Assembly: GCA_049598495.1 (NCBI GenBank)
Contig: JBMYNR010000002.1
Location: forward strand, 32,001 to 96,000
DNA length: 64,000 nt
Direction: 5' to 3'
Source of the DNA: Opitutales bacterium
GTDB taxonomy: Bacteria; Verrucomicrobiota; Verrucomicrobiia; Opitutales; Coraliomargaritaceae
Notes under the pieces: model-generated
The model's input: the letters and a program-made list of their open reading frames with translations, nothing else
Told to the model about the DNA's origin: nothing
The model's database searches: none
Position numbers and translations under genes: made by a program
Shown here: positions 20,534 to 30,460 of the stretch, one piece after another
How positions within the stretch are numbered: the first letter of the stretch is position 1
Layout: every line of letters starts with the position of its first letter

Positions 20534-20625
20534 GCGGGTTCCTCACAATGGCTTTCGCCATCGTGCTACAGGAGCGGAAGCGGGTACCTCACAATGGCTT
20601 TCGCCATCGTGCTACAGGAACGGAA
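20534..20625 (-). repeat. Two tandem 46-bp units, each carrying a GTAG REP
   Basis: Units 20534-20579 and 20580-20625 differ at 2 positions; minus strand reads GTAG-CACGATGGC-GAAA-GCCATTGTG. Confidence 0.9.
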
Positions 20626-20772
20626 ATTCAACCGTACATTTATTGATAAGCCTATTTTCTCCTATTAATTTGGCGCTCTTCCTGCTAGTCTACATAGGCT
20701 GATGTGATCGCCCAGAGAGACCTGAGGCGCTGTCGGCAACAACCACTCATCGAAATCCGAAATTCAGTCATT

Positions 20773-21228
20773 ATGGCTAAGAAAACTACAGTCAAGAAGG
20801 CCACGAAGAAGGCCCCCGCAAAAAAAGCTGCTAAAAAAGTAGCCGCCAAAAAGGCCCCCGTAAAGAAGGCCGCTAAAAAGATCCCGGCCAAGAAAGCAGC
20901 CAAAAAGGTCGCCGCTAAGAAAGCGCCCGCCAAGAAGGCCGCGAAAAAGGCTGCCCCTAAGAAGGTCATCAAGACCTCCGTCATTGCTCGCGTTGATGTC
21001 GGCTTTGGTAACAGCCTCTACATACGCGGCGAAGGTGCCGGCCTCTCGTGGGACAAGGGCGTTCAGCTCGACAATGTCAGCCCATACGAGTGGTCGTTCT
21101 CCAGCACCAATGCAAAGGGCGCTGTCACCTTCAAGTTCCTCATCAACGATGAGATCTGGGCAGAAGGTGACGACATCACGGTTGCAAAGGGCGATACATC
21201 GATCAGCTCACCGGTCTTCACCTGGTAG
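20773..21228 (+). CDS. Histone-H1-like Lys/Ala-rich protein fused to a small CBM20-like beta domain
   Basis: Repeated KKAPAKKAAKK; C-terminal DVGFGNSLYIRGEGAGLSWDKG...FKFLINDEIW. Confidence 0.85.
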   Translation: MAKKTTVKKATKKAPAKKAAKKVAAKKAPVKKAAKKIPAKKAAKKVAAKKAPAKKAAKKAAPKKVIKTSVIARVDVGFGNSLYIRGEGAGLSWDKGVQLDNVSPYEWSFSSTNAKGAVTFKFLINDEIWAEGDDITVAKGDTSISSPVFTW

Positions 21229-21250
21229 TCGATCCAAGATTCCATTCTTC

Positions 21251-21280
21251 AAAGCCCGTCGGATTTCCGGCGGGCTTTTT
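21251..21280 (+). terminator. Intrinsic terminator, probably bidirectional
   Basis: AAAGCCCGTCGG-ATTT-CCGGCGGGCTTTTT between convergent genes. Confidence 0.8.
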
Positions 21281-21284
21281 CATA

Positions 21285-23801
21285 TCACATGGAATCGAGA
21301 TCGACCATGATCTCCCGTGGGCTCGAACCATTTTCGGGGCCGACGATCCCGCGATCTTCGAGCTCCTCCATAAGGCGGGCCGCCCGGTTGTAGCCGATAC
21401 GAAGCCGTCGCTGCAGCATCGAGGTCGACGCACGCTTGGTTGAGCGGAGCACATCAATCGCCTGAGGCAGCATCTCGTCGCCATCGGTCGGGCCGCCGTC
21501 ATCGCCCAGTGGGTCTTCCCCGCCCGCATCGATTTGTTTCTGAACCTCTTCAGCAAACTGAGGCGGCTCGTTCTTTTCCTTCAGGAATTCGACGATCGCG
21601 TTGATTTCTTCATCGGCCACGAAGGCGCCCTGCGCTCGCACAAGATTGGATGTGCCCGGGGGGATAAAGAGCATGTCTCCCTTGCCGATGAGCGCCTCCG
21701 CGCCGCCGCCATCAAGAATCGTTCGGCTGTCGATCTTTGAGGCCACCTTGAATGAAATACGGCTCGGCAAGTTAGCCTTGATCACGCCCGTGATCACGTT
21801 GACCGAGGGGCGCTGCGTCGCGAGGATCAAGTGAATGCCTGCGGCCCGGGCAAGCTGGGCGATACGTGCAATGCAGGTCTCAATATCGGCCGGTGCCACC
21901 ATCATCAAATCAGCGAGCTCATCAATGACGCAAACAATATAGGGCAACTTCTTTTTAGGCACCTCAAAGGCATCATCATCCCGAGGGACTTCCATTTGCT
22001 GAAGCGCAGCCCGCTCTTCCGGGCTCATTTCCGCATCCATGGCCTTCGCCTGCTCCTCCTTGTCCTTCGCTATCTTCGCATTGAAGCCGGCAATGTTGCG
22101 CACGTTGCTCTTGGCGAAAATCTGATAGCGGTGATCCATTTCGGCAATCAGCCACTTGAGTGCACCAGGCACCTTCTTTGGCTCAGTCACAACTGGAATC
22201 AGCATGTGGGGCAGCGAATTATACATCTGCATTTCGACCACCTTGGGGTCGACCATGATAAAGCGGAGATCCTCTGGGCCGGAGTGGTAGAGCAGCGATG
22301 CGATGATCGCATTAATACAGACGGTCTTACCGGAACCCGTGGAACCTGCGATCAGAACGTGCGGCATCTTCGTCAAATCAGTGACCATAGGCTTACCGGT
22401 GACGTCTTTCCCGAGCACGATGGGGATCTCCGCGTTGGCCTCAGCCCAAGCCTTGGACTCGACAATATCGCGCATGCAAACTGCCTGTGCGATTTTGTTC
22501 GGCACCTCAATTCCAACAGTCCCTTTGCCGGGAACCGGAGCAAGTATACGGACCGACATGGCCTTGAGCCCGAGGGCGATATTCTTGTCGAGGTTCACAA
22601 TCTTCTCAACGCGCACGCCCGGCGCCGGCGTCACTTCGTAGCGAGTAATCACAGGCCCGGTGTGAATCTCGCCGGGGATGACTTTGACCCCAAACTCCTC
22701 TAAGGTACGCACGAGTGCCTGCATGGTGCCCGCGTGGTCCTCTGGCGACTGATTGCCGACATCCGGAGCCTCCGAAAGTAGATTAAGAGGGGGAAAAACG
22801 TAGTCGCCCCGACGCTCGGGGATGCGCGCGGCGGCCTTTTCCGTCTTCTCTCCGGAAATGATCTTAATTGTGGCAGGGTCCAGCGCGGGCTTTTTGGGCT
22901 CCGGTTCAGGAGACTCGGACGAGGGCTTCTTCTTGAGCATCGAAGCAGTTTTGGTCACCGCCGGCGGCGGAGTGGGTGCGCCACTCAGGAGAGACGGCTT
23001 ACGGCCATCGTCCTCCAACTCCGCTTCATCTTCGGGATCTTCCACGCATATATTGTTTTTCTCGGCCTTAATCGCCGCACGATTCGCCTTGGCCTGAACT
23101 TTGGCCAGCGCCGCTTCTTCTTTGGCCATGCGCTTGGCTTCCGCCAATGCAGCTTTTCGCGCCTTTCGCTCTTCCTTCGACTCGGCCCAGCCTGCGAGAA
23201 AATTACGGTAGGCATTTTGGATGTAATCGAGGAAACGCCTTAGATTATCGGTAAAAATCAGAAACGAGCCAATCATCAGCCCCATCAAGAGAATCAGAAA
23301 GGTGCCGAATGCGCCGACATAGGGCTCCATTAACACCGGGCCCAGCCTTTCGCCGATCCAACCGCCAAACCCGTTTGAAAGTTGCTCCTCAAAGACACTC
23401 CCCTCAACGGCTGCCGCCGGTCGCATCATGGCGATTAGGCTGGATGCGCAAGCAAGTGTGATCGGGGACACGATCCCCACGAGCAGACGTTTCCCGGGGT
23501 CCTGTTGAATCAATAAGCGAACACCAAACCAGAGAAGCAGCAGCGGCAAGAGGAAGATCCCGACCCCGAATAGATGAAAGCCAAAGAAGCCAATATGGCT
23601 GCCGAAATATCCGACAAGGTTAGGATCGCTTGGATCCGTCGCATTGTATTGCTCTGTATTGTAGTCGAAGAGCGAAACCGCGACGAGCGCGGCCAGGGTA
23701 AAAAAGAGGAGCGCCCAGATGGGCCTCGACCTTGCTTTGCGAGGCTGGGAAACCACCTTCTTATTGACGACTTTCTTCTTTGCTTTGCGTGCCATAGACA
23801 A
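21285..23801 (-). CDS. ftsK: DNA translocase FtsK
   Basis: N-terminal TM segments; PHVLIAGSTGSGKT, ATQRPSVNVITG and gamma domain STSMLQRRLRIGYNRAARL. Confidence 0.98.
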   Translation of the reverse strand: MSMARKAKKKVVNKKVVSQPRKARSRPIWALLFFTLAALVAVSLFDYNTEQYNATDPSDPNLVGYFGSHIGFFGFHLFGVGIFLLPLLLLWFGVRLLIQQDPGKRLLVGIVSPITLACASSLIAMMRPAAAVEGSVFEEQLSNGFGGWIGERLGPVLMEPYVGAFGTFLILLMGLMIGSFLIFTDNLRRFLDYIQNAYRNFLAGWAESKEERKARKAALAEAKRMAKEEAALAKVQAKANRAAIKAEKNNICVEDPEDEAELEDDGRKPSLLSGAPTPPPAVTKTASMLKKKPSSESPEPEPKKPALDPATIKIISGEKTEKAAARIPERRGDYVFPPLNLLSEAPDVGNQSPEDHAGTMQALVRTLEEFGVKVIPGEIHTGPVITRYEVTPAPGVRVEKIVNLDKNIALGLKAMSVRILAPVPGKGTVGIEVPNKIAQAVCMRDIVESKAWAEANAEIPIVLGKDVTGKPMVTDLTKMPHVLIAGSTGSGKTVCINAIIASLLYHSGPEDLRFIMVDPKVVEMQMYNSLPHMLIPVVTEPKKVPGALKWLIAEMDHRYQIFAKSNVRNIAGFNAKIAKDKEEQAKAMDAEMSPEERAALQQMEVPRDDDAFEVPKKKLPYIVCVIDELADLMMVAPADIETCIARIAQLARAAGIHLILATQRPSVNVITGVIKANLPSRISFKVASKIDSRTILDGGGAEALIGKGDMLFIPPGTSNLVRAQGAFVADEEINAIVEFLKEKNEPPQFAEEVQKQIDAGGEDPLGDDGGPTDGDEMLPQAIDVLRSTKRASTSMLQRRLRIGYNRAARLMEELEDRGIVGPENGSSPREIMVDLDSM

Positions 23802-23931
23802 ACTCTATAGTTAGTTGCCCCTGCTCGAATAACAAGATTCGATTGAACCCTTCGTTTACGCGGACATTACAAGGAAAAAGACTCCGCCAACCGGAGCTGA
23901 CGGAGCCAAAATAAGCGAGCGAAGCGACTCT

Positions 23932-24456
23932 TTAATGAGAGCAACCGCAGCCAGCCTCATCTCCACCGCCGCCGCAGCAACCGCCACCTTGATGGATATG
24001 GCCGTGGGCAATCTCCTCTTCTGTAGCCGAACGGACCTCCTGAACGGTCACATTGAAGTTCAAATGCTTGCCCGCAAGCGGGTGGTTGCCGTCGACGGTG
24101 ACGTCGTCGTCCTCAACCTTGATGACACGGACGGAAACAGGGCCCTGATCTGTGTTGGCCTGAAACTGCATTCCGACCTCTAGTTGATCAATTCCCTGGA
24201 AACGGTCGCGCGGCACCACTTGCTCGAGACTCGGATTGGCTTGGCCATAACCATCCTCGGGAGCCACTCTCACGTCCACCGTGTCGCCGGCGGATTTGCC
24301 TTCCAAAGCGGCCTCAAGGCCGGGAATGATATTCTTATGCCCGTGCAGATAGGCCAGAGGCTGCCCCGGTTGGGATTGGTCCAAAAGTGTTCCTTCGTCA
24401 TCTTTCAAGGCATAGTCCATTGAGACGACGGTTCCATCTGCTATTTGCATAGTCAT
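23932..24456 (-). CDS. slyD: FKBP-type peptidyl-prolyl isomerase SlyD
   Basis: YLHGHKNIIPGLE, VDGNHPLAGKHL and a His/Cys-rich tail. Confidence 0.96.
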   Translation of the reverse strand: MTMQIADGTVVSMDYALKDDEGTLLDQSQPGQPLAYLHGHKNIIPGLEAALEGKSAGDTVDVRVAPEDGYGQANPSLEQVVPRDRFQGIDQLEVGMQFQANTDQGPVSVRVIKVEDDDVTVDGNHPLAGKHLNFNVTVQEVRSATEEEIAHGHIHQGGGCCGGGGDEAGCGCSH

Positions 24457-24622
24457 TTTCGAGTTAGTTTTAAAATGCGAGTCTCCGAGAAATAGGGCAA
24501 AGCCCCATCAGGTCAAAAACGAAAGCGATATAATTTCTCCCCCTTGGCATGGTCCGGGTAAACTCACTTGACGGTGAGGGGAAAAAGAGGGTTCTCTTGA
24601 AACCAGTATTCCATTCCGGTTC

Positions 24623-27412
24623 ATGCCTATTCAAGACAGTCCTCATTTCCGCAGGCTTCACCAACATGCCCAGAAGCGCCTAATCTTCGATCCGGGTGTT
24701 TCCAGGAGCAAGCAGCTTCCGGCCTACAAGCGCTACATGGAGCTGGAGAATGCCATGCTGGAGAAGCAACACCGCGAAGGGGGCTCCGGGATGGAGGTCT
24801 GTCAGGCGCGGGCGGCCATGATCGATGTCGTGATCGAGAACCTGTTCCTCGCCGCCCTCGATCTGTATACGACCGAGCACGGCCCGCTGCCGTGCAAAAT
24901 GGCGGTGCTGGCAACGGGGGGCTATGGTCGACGGGAGCTCAACCCTCACAGCGATATCGATATTATGTTCCTCTATCCGCTCAAAACAGGAGGGAAGGCA
25001 TTCGAGCAGTTTCAAGCCGTGCTCGCAGAGGAGATCCTTTACCCGCTCTGGGATCTGGGGCTGAAAGTCGGGCATGCCTCGCGGAACGCAAAAGAGGTTA
25101 TTGAGGAATGCCGCAAGGAAATCCAATCGAAGAACGCGATTCTCGAATCGCGGATTATTTGCGGATCCGAGCCGCTTTACAAAAGTATGCGGAGCCGCTT
25201 CGACGATTTCTGCAAGAAGGAGAACTCCAAGGCCTACATTCTCCAACGATTGGAAGATGAAGCGGAGCGCCACGCCAAATCAGGCAATACGATCTATCTC
25301 CAGGAGCCCGACATTAAGAATGGCGTCGGAGGGCTTCGGGACTACCAAAACATTCTCTGGATGGCCCATATAAAATTTGGCTACCGTTCCTTCGCCGATC
25401 TCGTGAAGGCGAAGCTGCTCCGGGAAGATGAGCGGGAAGCCATGCTAGCCGCCTACGACCTACTTCTTCGCACTCGGACAGAACTACACCTGCAAAACCG
25501 TCGGCCCACCGACAAACTGGACCTCGAACAACAACCGCTCATTGCGGAGCACCTCCACTACCCTCAGGACAATATCTTTGAGCGCGTCGAAGCCTTCATG
25601 AAGGACTACTACATGGCGGCCCGAACCATCTACCATACGAGTGAGATCCTGAAAGAGAGGATGTCCCTGCAGGCAGAGCCTGAGAACAAGACCCGCATCA
25701 CCTTCCGCGAAGCCCTCAGGGCCCACCAGCACCTCCCAATCAAGCGAATCGATGGATTCAATCTCTACAACAAGATACTCTCGGCGGATCATCCCGGGGT
25801 CTTCGAAGAAGATCCTGTCCGGCTCATTCGCGTCTTCCGCGAGGCCCAGCAGTTCGGGGCCAAGCTCGATCCCGATCTGCGTTATCTGATCACACGCTCG
25901 ATCCCCCTGATCGATCAGTCCATCATCCAAAACACCTCGGCCGCCAAGAGTTTCTGCGCCATCCTGCGCAGCCCCGGCGAGGTTTACCCCACCCTGATCC
26001 AGATGCACGAACTCGGGGTCCTCGGACGCTACTTGCCCGAGTTTGGCGCGCTAACATGTATGGTTCAGCACGAATACTACCACCGGTACACTGCCGATGC
26101 CCATGTGCTGCGCACCATCCGCCACTTGGATCGTGTATTTATAAAACACGACCGGGAATACGCACATTACGAGAGGGAATTACGAAAAAACGATGACCCT
26201 TTACTGCTCTATTTAATACTTCTTCTGCATGACATCGGGAAGGCAGAAGGCGTGAAGGGACACGATGTAAGCGGTGTTCGTATCGCCAAACCCGTCCTGG
26301 ATCGCTTTAGGGTCGGCAAGGAACAACAGGAACAAATTTTATTTATTATTCGCAGCCATCTGGAAATGGCACGATTCTGGCAACGGTTTGATTTAGACGA
26401 TCCTCAAACTGCGGTTTCCTTCGCTAAATTCATCGAAGATCCGCAGAAACTCAGTTTTCTTTACGTGCACACCTATTGCGATGCCCGCGGAACTGCTCCA
26501 AGCCTCTGGAATAGCTACAAAGACAGCATGCATCGCACCCTGTATGTTCGAACACTTGAGCAATTTGAGGACGACGCAGTCATCGAACAAAAGCGGAAAG
26601 AACAAGTTAGCATGTTGCACCAAGACATACTCGAGCAAAAGATTGTAGGGATCTCCGAGGAAGAAATCGAGGCTCACTTCAACCTGCTCCCGGAGCGCTA
26701 CTTCATCAATACGGAGCGTGCCGACATAGAGCTACACTTGCGTATGGTCAGCCAATTGCTGGCCCAGATCCATGCAGCAGAATCCATGGGCACACTTGCG
26801 CCCATCGTGAACTGGCACAATGACATCGACCTCGGCATGACCGTGGTCAACGTCGTCACCTGGGATCGCGCCGGGCTTTTCTACAAACTCGCAGGAGCAC
26901 TCACCTTGGCCGGGGTCAGCATCATAAGCACAAAGGCAATTTCCCGAAAGGACCACATTACGATCGACACATTCTACGTGATCGATCCGAGCGGGGGAGT
27001 CGTTACCGACAAGAAGGCACAGGAAACCTTCCAAGTTCGACTCGAGGAGGCACTTATTGAAGGGAAAGAGCTCCTACCTGCAATCAACGAGCGAGAAGCC
27101 AAAGTTAAGGCGAGGAATCCATCGAAGGATATGCTTCCGGCCCCCTTCCCTCCGAGTGTCGATGTCTATCACGAGCTGTCGCTCAAGCAGACGATTATCG
27201 AAGTGCAAGCCAACGATCGCATCGGCCTCCTTTACCAAATATCTCGGCTCATCACCTTCAAGGGCTTCGACATCAGCTTCGCGCGCATTGCAACGGAGCG
27301 CGGTGTCGCCATGGACACTTTCTATATCAAGAACGTAAACGACTCCGAAGAGTCGAATACAACGGCCCTACTTGAATTGCGTGAAGAACTTGATTCGATT
27401 GTAAAGGATTAG
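24623..27412 (+). CDS. glnD: [Protein-PII] uridylyltransferase / uridylyl-removing enzyme
   Basis: GGYGRRELNPHSDIDI, EPDIKNGVGGLRD, HD motif LLHDIGK and two ACT domains. Confidence 0.97.
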   Translation: MPIQDSPHFRRLHQHAQKRLIFDPGVSRSKQLPAYKRYMELENAMLEKQHREGGSGMEVCQARAAMIDVVIENLFLAALDLYTTEHGPLPCKMAVLATGGYGRRELNPHSDIDIMFLYPLKTGGKAFEQFQAVLAEEILYPLWDLGLKVGHASRNAKEVIEECRKEIQSKNAILESRIICGSEPLYKSMRSRFDDFCKKENSKAYILQRLEDEAERHAKSGNTIYLQEPDIKNGVGGLRDYQNILWMAHIKFGYRSFADLVKAKLLREDEREAMLAAYDLLLRTRTELHLQNRRPTDKLDLEQQPLIAEHLHYPQDNIFERVEAFMKDYYMAARTIYHTSEILKERMSLQAEPENKTRITFREALRAHQHLPIKRIDGFNLYNKILSADHPGVFEEDPVRLIRVFREAQQFGAKLDPDLRYLITRSIPLIDQSIIQNTSAAKSFCAILRSPGEVYPTLIQMHELGVLGRYLPEFGALTCMVQHEYYHRYTADAHVLRTIRHLDRVFIKHDREYAHYERELRKNDDPLLLYLILLLHDIGKAEGVKGHDVSGVRIAKPVLDRFRVGKEQQEQILFIIRSHLEMARFWQRFDLDDPQTAVSFAKFIEDPQKLSFLYVHTYCDARGTAPSLWNSYKDSMHRTLYVRTLEQFEDDAVIEQKRKEQVSMLHQDILEQKIVGISEEEIEAHFNLLPERYFINTERADIELHLRMVSQLLAQIHAAESMGTLAPIVNWHNDIDLGMTVVNVVTWDRAGLFYKLAGALTLAGVSIISTKAISRKDHITIDTFYVIDPSGGVVTDKKAQETFQVRLEEALIEGKELLPAINEREAKVKARNPSKDMLPAPFPPSVDVYHELSLKQTIIEVQANDRIGLLYQISRLITFKGFDISFARIATERGVAMDTFYIKNVNDSEESNTTALLELREELDSIVKD

Positions 27413-27482
27413 TCGGAACAACGGTTCACCGCAGGGAAATTCTAGTTGGACCTCGGCTTGAGTTAATGGATACTCGCCCCAA

Positions 27483-29177
27483 ATGCAGGACCATGATAAT
27501 GAGCACAGCGCGATCGATTCGCTCTACAGGATTAGCAGTCTTGTTTCGAATACCGACGAACCCAAGGTCGCTCTACAACTCATTCTTGATGAGATTGTTC
27601 GCGTCCTGCGCCCCAGCAGTGCTTCCATTGCGCTAATTAACCCAGATACCAAACGGCTCGCGCTGGAAGCCTCCTTCGGCCTGCCGGAGGACTGGCAGGA
27701 TATGGAGTTGGCGCTGGGGCAAGGGGTCACCGGTTGGGCCGCGCTTCAAGGCCGCGCAGTCATTGCCAATGATGTGCGCAATGAGCCACGTTACATCTCG
27801 GTAAGGCCAAATATACAATCAGAGATGGCCGTCCCGATGGAAGATGAAGGAATGGTGATCGGAGTCGTCAACGTCGATAGCGAAGAGCCCGATGCCTACG
27901 GGAACGCCTCACTGAAGATTCTCAGCCTTTTGACAAACGAGGCCACCCGAGTCGTCTCACGGCTCTGGTTGTTTAAACAGTTGCGAACGAAGGCAAACCA
28001 CCTGGAATCGCTCGTCGCCATGAGTCAGCGACTGGCCGGCGAGGCGGACAGCGATATTCTGATGCGCTCGCTGGCCCAGCAGGCGCAACAACTGTTGGGC
28101 TGCGATGGGAGTGCTCTCTTTGTTCTCGAGCCGCATAAAAAGGTGCTGCATCTCCACAGCCTGGCGACGGATTCGGGGCCACTCTCTGAAAAAATCGCGC
28201 TTCCGCTCGATCAGAGTGCTCTGGGCGCCGTTATTCATCGCTTAAAGCAGGTAGAAGTCTACGATCTGAACTTCACGGAAGAAAACGATTTCCTGCCGAT
28301 CCTCCAGCGGCAGGGCTTCAGCTCTATGCTGGCGTCACCGATCGCATTCGGCGATGAAGCGATCGGGGTTCTTATCGCATTCACTCGCCGCTCTCGCCGC
28401 TTCAACAATGAGGAGAAGAAAGTTTTCAATGCTCTCGCAGAGATGGGCGCAATCGCCATTCAGAATGCCCGCCTGTACGACCGGATCTTCGCCAGCGAAG
28501 AATCGCTCCGCCGGAACGAAAAGCTAACCACACTCGGGATGCTGGCCGCCGAGATCGCCCACGAGATTCGCAACCCCCTCACTGTTATCAAGCTACTTTT
28601 CGAATCACTCGACCTACGGTTCCCCGATAGCGATCCACGTAAGACCGACCAAGAGGTCATCACAGAGAAACTGGATCAGCTGGAGGAAATTGTTGAGCGC
28701 GTGCTCAGCTTCGGTCGTAACAGAGAGGGGATGCACACGCGGCAAGACCTCAATACCCTCGTTGAAGATACGCTCAAACTCGTACGCTTAAAACTCCAGC
28801 AGCAAAAAATCGAACTGGATTTCGAACCACATCCGATACCCATAGTCGCCGAGGTCAATAAGGGGCAGATACTGCAGGTTCTTTTGAATCTGGTCCTAAA
28901 CGCCACGCAGGCAATGGAAGGTGGCGGCCGGATACACATTCAAACACATCTCAAAGGCCACACCGCATCACTCATGATCTCCGACAACGGAGGCGGAATC
29001 CCTGAGTCCATTCAGGGTGATATCTTCGACTCCTTCCTAACGGCTCGCCCGGACGGCACGGGACTGGGGCTCTCGATCAGCAAACGAATCCTTCGTGGCC
29101 ACCGGGGCGACATAGAACTCGTACGTTCCTCTCCCGAAGGCAGCCAATTCCGCTTCTGGCTACCCCTATCCGAATAA
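27483..29177 (+). CDS. Cytoplasmic GAF-GAF sensor histidine kinase (NtrB-like kinase core)
   Basis: Two GAF domains; H-box IAHEIRNPL, N-box NLVLNA and G-boxes DNGGGI and GTGLGL. Confidence 0.93.
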   Translation: MQDHDNEHSAIDSLYRISSLVSNTDEPKVALQLILDEIVRVLRPSSASIALINPDTKRLALEASFGLPEDWQDMELALGQGVTGWAALQGRAVIANDVRNEPRYISVRPNIQSEMAVPMEDEGMVIGVVNVDSEEPDAYGNASLKILSLLTNEATRVVSRLWLFKQLRTKANHLESLVAMSQRLAGEADSDILMRSLAQQAQQLLGCDGSALFVLEPHKKVLHLHSLATDSGPLSEKIALPLDQSALGAVIHRLKQVEVYDLNFTEENDFLPILQRQGFSSMLASPIAFGDEAIGVLIAFTRRSRRFNNEEKKVFNALAEMGAIAIQNARLYDRIFASEESLRRNEKLTTLGMLAAEIAHEIRNPLTVIKLLFESLDLRFPDSDPRKTDQEVITEKLDQLEEIVERVLSFGRNREGMHTRQDLNTLVEDTLKLVRLKLQQQKIELDFEPHPIPIVAEVNKGQILQVLLNLVLNATQAMEGGGRIHIQTHLKGHTASLMISDNGGGIPESIQGDIFDSFLTARPDGTGLGLSISKRILRGHRGDIELVRSSPEGSQFRFWLPLSE

Positions 29178-29207
29178 TACTAGAGCACAAAAAAGTTTGA
29201 ACCGGTT

Positions 29208-29242
29208 GCAGAGGCAGGGAGGGCGGCCCTCCCTGCCTCTGC
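29208..29242. repeat. Perfect 17-bp inverted repeat
   Basis: GCAGAGGCAGGGAGGGC-G-GCCCTCCCTGCCTCTGC. Confidence 0.9.
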
Positions 29243-29310
29243 GCCAAACCTTTTGCGAAGAGATATAAGGCACCAAAAGGGCGCCCGCTAAAAGCGGCGC
29301 CCGAAAAGAC

Positions 29311-29559
29311 TTAACCCGCTTATTGCATGAGATCCAGAATTGGCTTTGGCAAGGCGCGAGCCGTGTTCCACGCAGGAGCGCACTGAAGTGCGTGACTAAG
29401 TGGGTTACGCGCTCGGAACACAGCCAGGGACGCTTCTGGACTCAAAGTTTGTTGCTGTCACTTTTGTGACACGACGAGTTTTTGAAGAAAACTCGCAAGT
29501 AGCCATCCCGTAACAAGATAAAGAACGACAGCAACAAACTGGTGCAATATTCGGGTTAA
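29311..29559. mobile_element. MITE-like non-coding element
   Basis: Termini TTAACCCGCTTATTGCA / TGCAATATTCGGGTTAA (15 of 17 complementary); internal 14-bp inverted repeat AGTTTGTTGCTGTC / GACAGCAACAAACT. Confidence 0.65.
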
Positions 29560-29577
29560 AGATTCGAGAAGGAAGAT

Positions 29578-29922
29578 TTAAAATTCGATCGATATCGTCC
29601 CCGGAGCACCGCCAGTCGCTTCAATGCTCGTGCCTTGAATAATCATCGCCGGATAACTCTCGCCAGCAACAGGGTTGAGTTGCTTGACATACTTTCCATC
29701 GCCTACCAGATCCGCACGACTGACCCGGATGACATCGTGCTCGGTGAAATATTTTTCTGCACCGCTTGCGAGTGCCCGTAGATTATTGGTGATCGCCTTG
29801 GTTTGTGCTGTTTCACGCACCTTTTGAACGGCCGGGATAGCCATCACCGCGAGAAGTATGATGATAACCACCACGATCATGATTTCAACGAGGGTAAAAC
29901 CCTTTTTGCTTTTAGTATTCAT
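29578..29922 (-). CDS. Type IV pilin-like prepilin
   Basis: KKGFTLVEIMIVVVII N-terminal cleavage/methylation motif. Confidence 0.93.
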   Translation of the reverse strand: MNTKSKKGFTLVEIMIVVVIIILLAVMAIPAVQKVRETAQTKAITNNLRALASGAEKYFTEHDVIRVSRADLVGDGKYVKQLNPVAGESYPAMIIQGTSIEATGGAPGTISIEF

Positions 29923-30170
29923 GATAATCTTTGATTCGTCTTATTACGCTATGAATCCACGGGAAAGAATATATTAGCGTAATCAGGTAAACACACTTGT
30001 AAGAAAAACCAAAGCATAAAGCCCTGATTATTCTAGGTTTCGCATAATTTTCAAAGCCCCTGAATTATAGGCATTCCCACCCGAAGTAGCTCCCATCTAT
30101 AGCGCCAAAAGACTGATGAACCAAAAACTAGCCGATGGACGAGGGATCGTTTAAGCACACACGCTTCGTC

Positions 30171-30323
30171 CTAGAAGCAGAATCCTCCCCTTAGCCAGAC
30201 GAGAATAATTGGAACAAGAATCAGAACTGCCATGACAATTCGGATCGTGAGTATTGTCCGAAGCGCCGGCTCTGGCAGCTCAAGGTGCTCCGGGCACTTC
30301 GTATGCTTTTCAGAAGTCTCCAT
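30171..30323 (-). CDS. Possible small membrane protein
   Basis: METSEK...RIVMAVLILVPIILVWL single TM segment; start uncertain (30323 or 30392). Confidence 0.4.
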   Translation of the reverse strand: METSEKHTKCPEHLELPEPALRTILTIRIVMAVLILVPIILVWLRGGFCF

Positions 30324-30460
30324 ACTCCAGAAATGAGGATTCTGTCCAGATTGAGCAATGAGAACTTTTTCGCTTAAAACGAATTTTCTCATCTTTAGCT
30401 GGGGCTGAAATATGTCTGAAAATCCGGCGAGGTGGGGGATTTAAACGTATCGCCCATTGC

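Noticed and set aside
20534..20625. 46-bp direct repeats as a mini-CRISPR
   Set aside because: Only two near-identical contiguous units with no unique spacer; they fit the REP architecture.
29364..29378. TGTTCCACG as a third parS site
   Set aside because: Half-site only; the right arm does not match.
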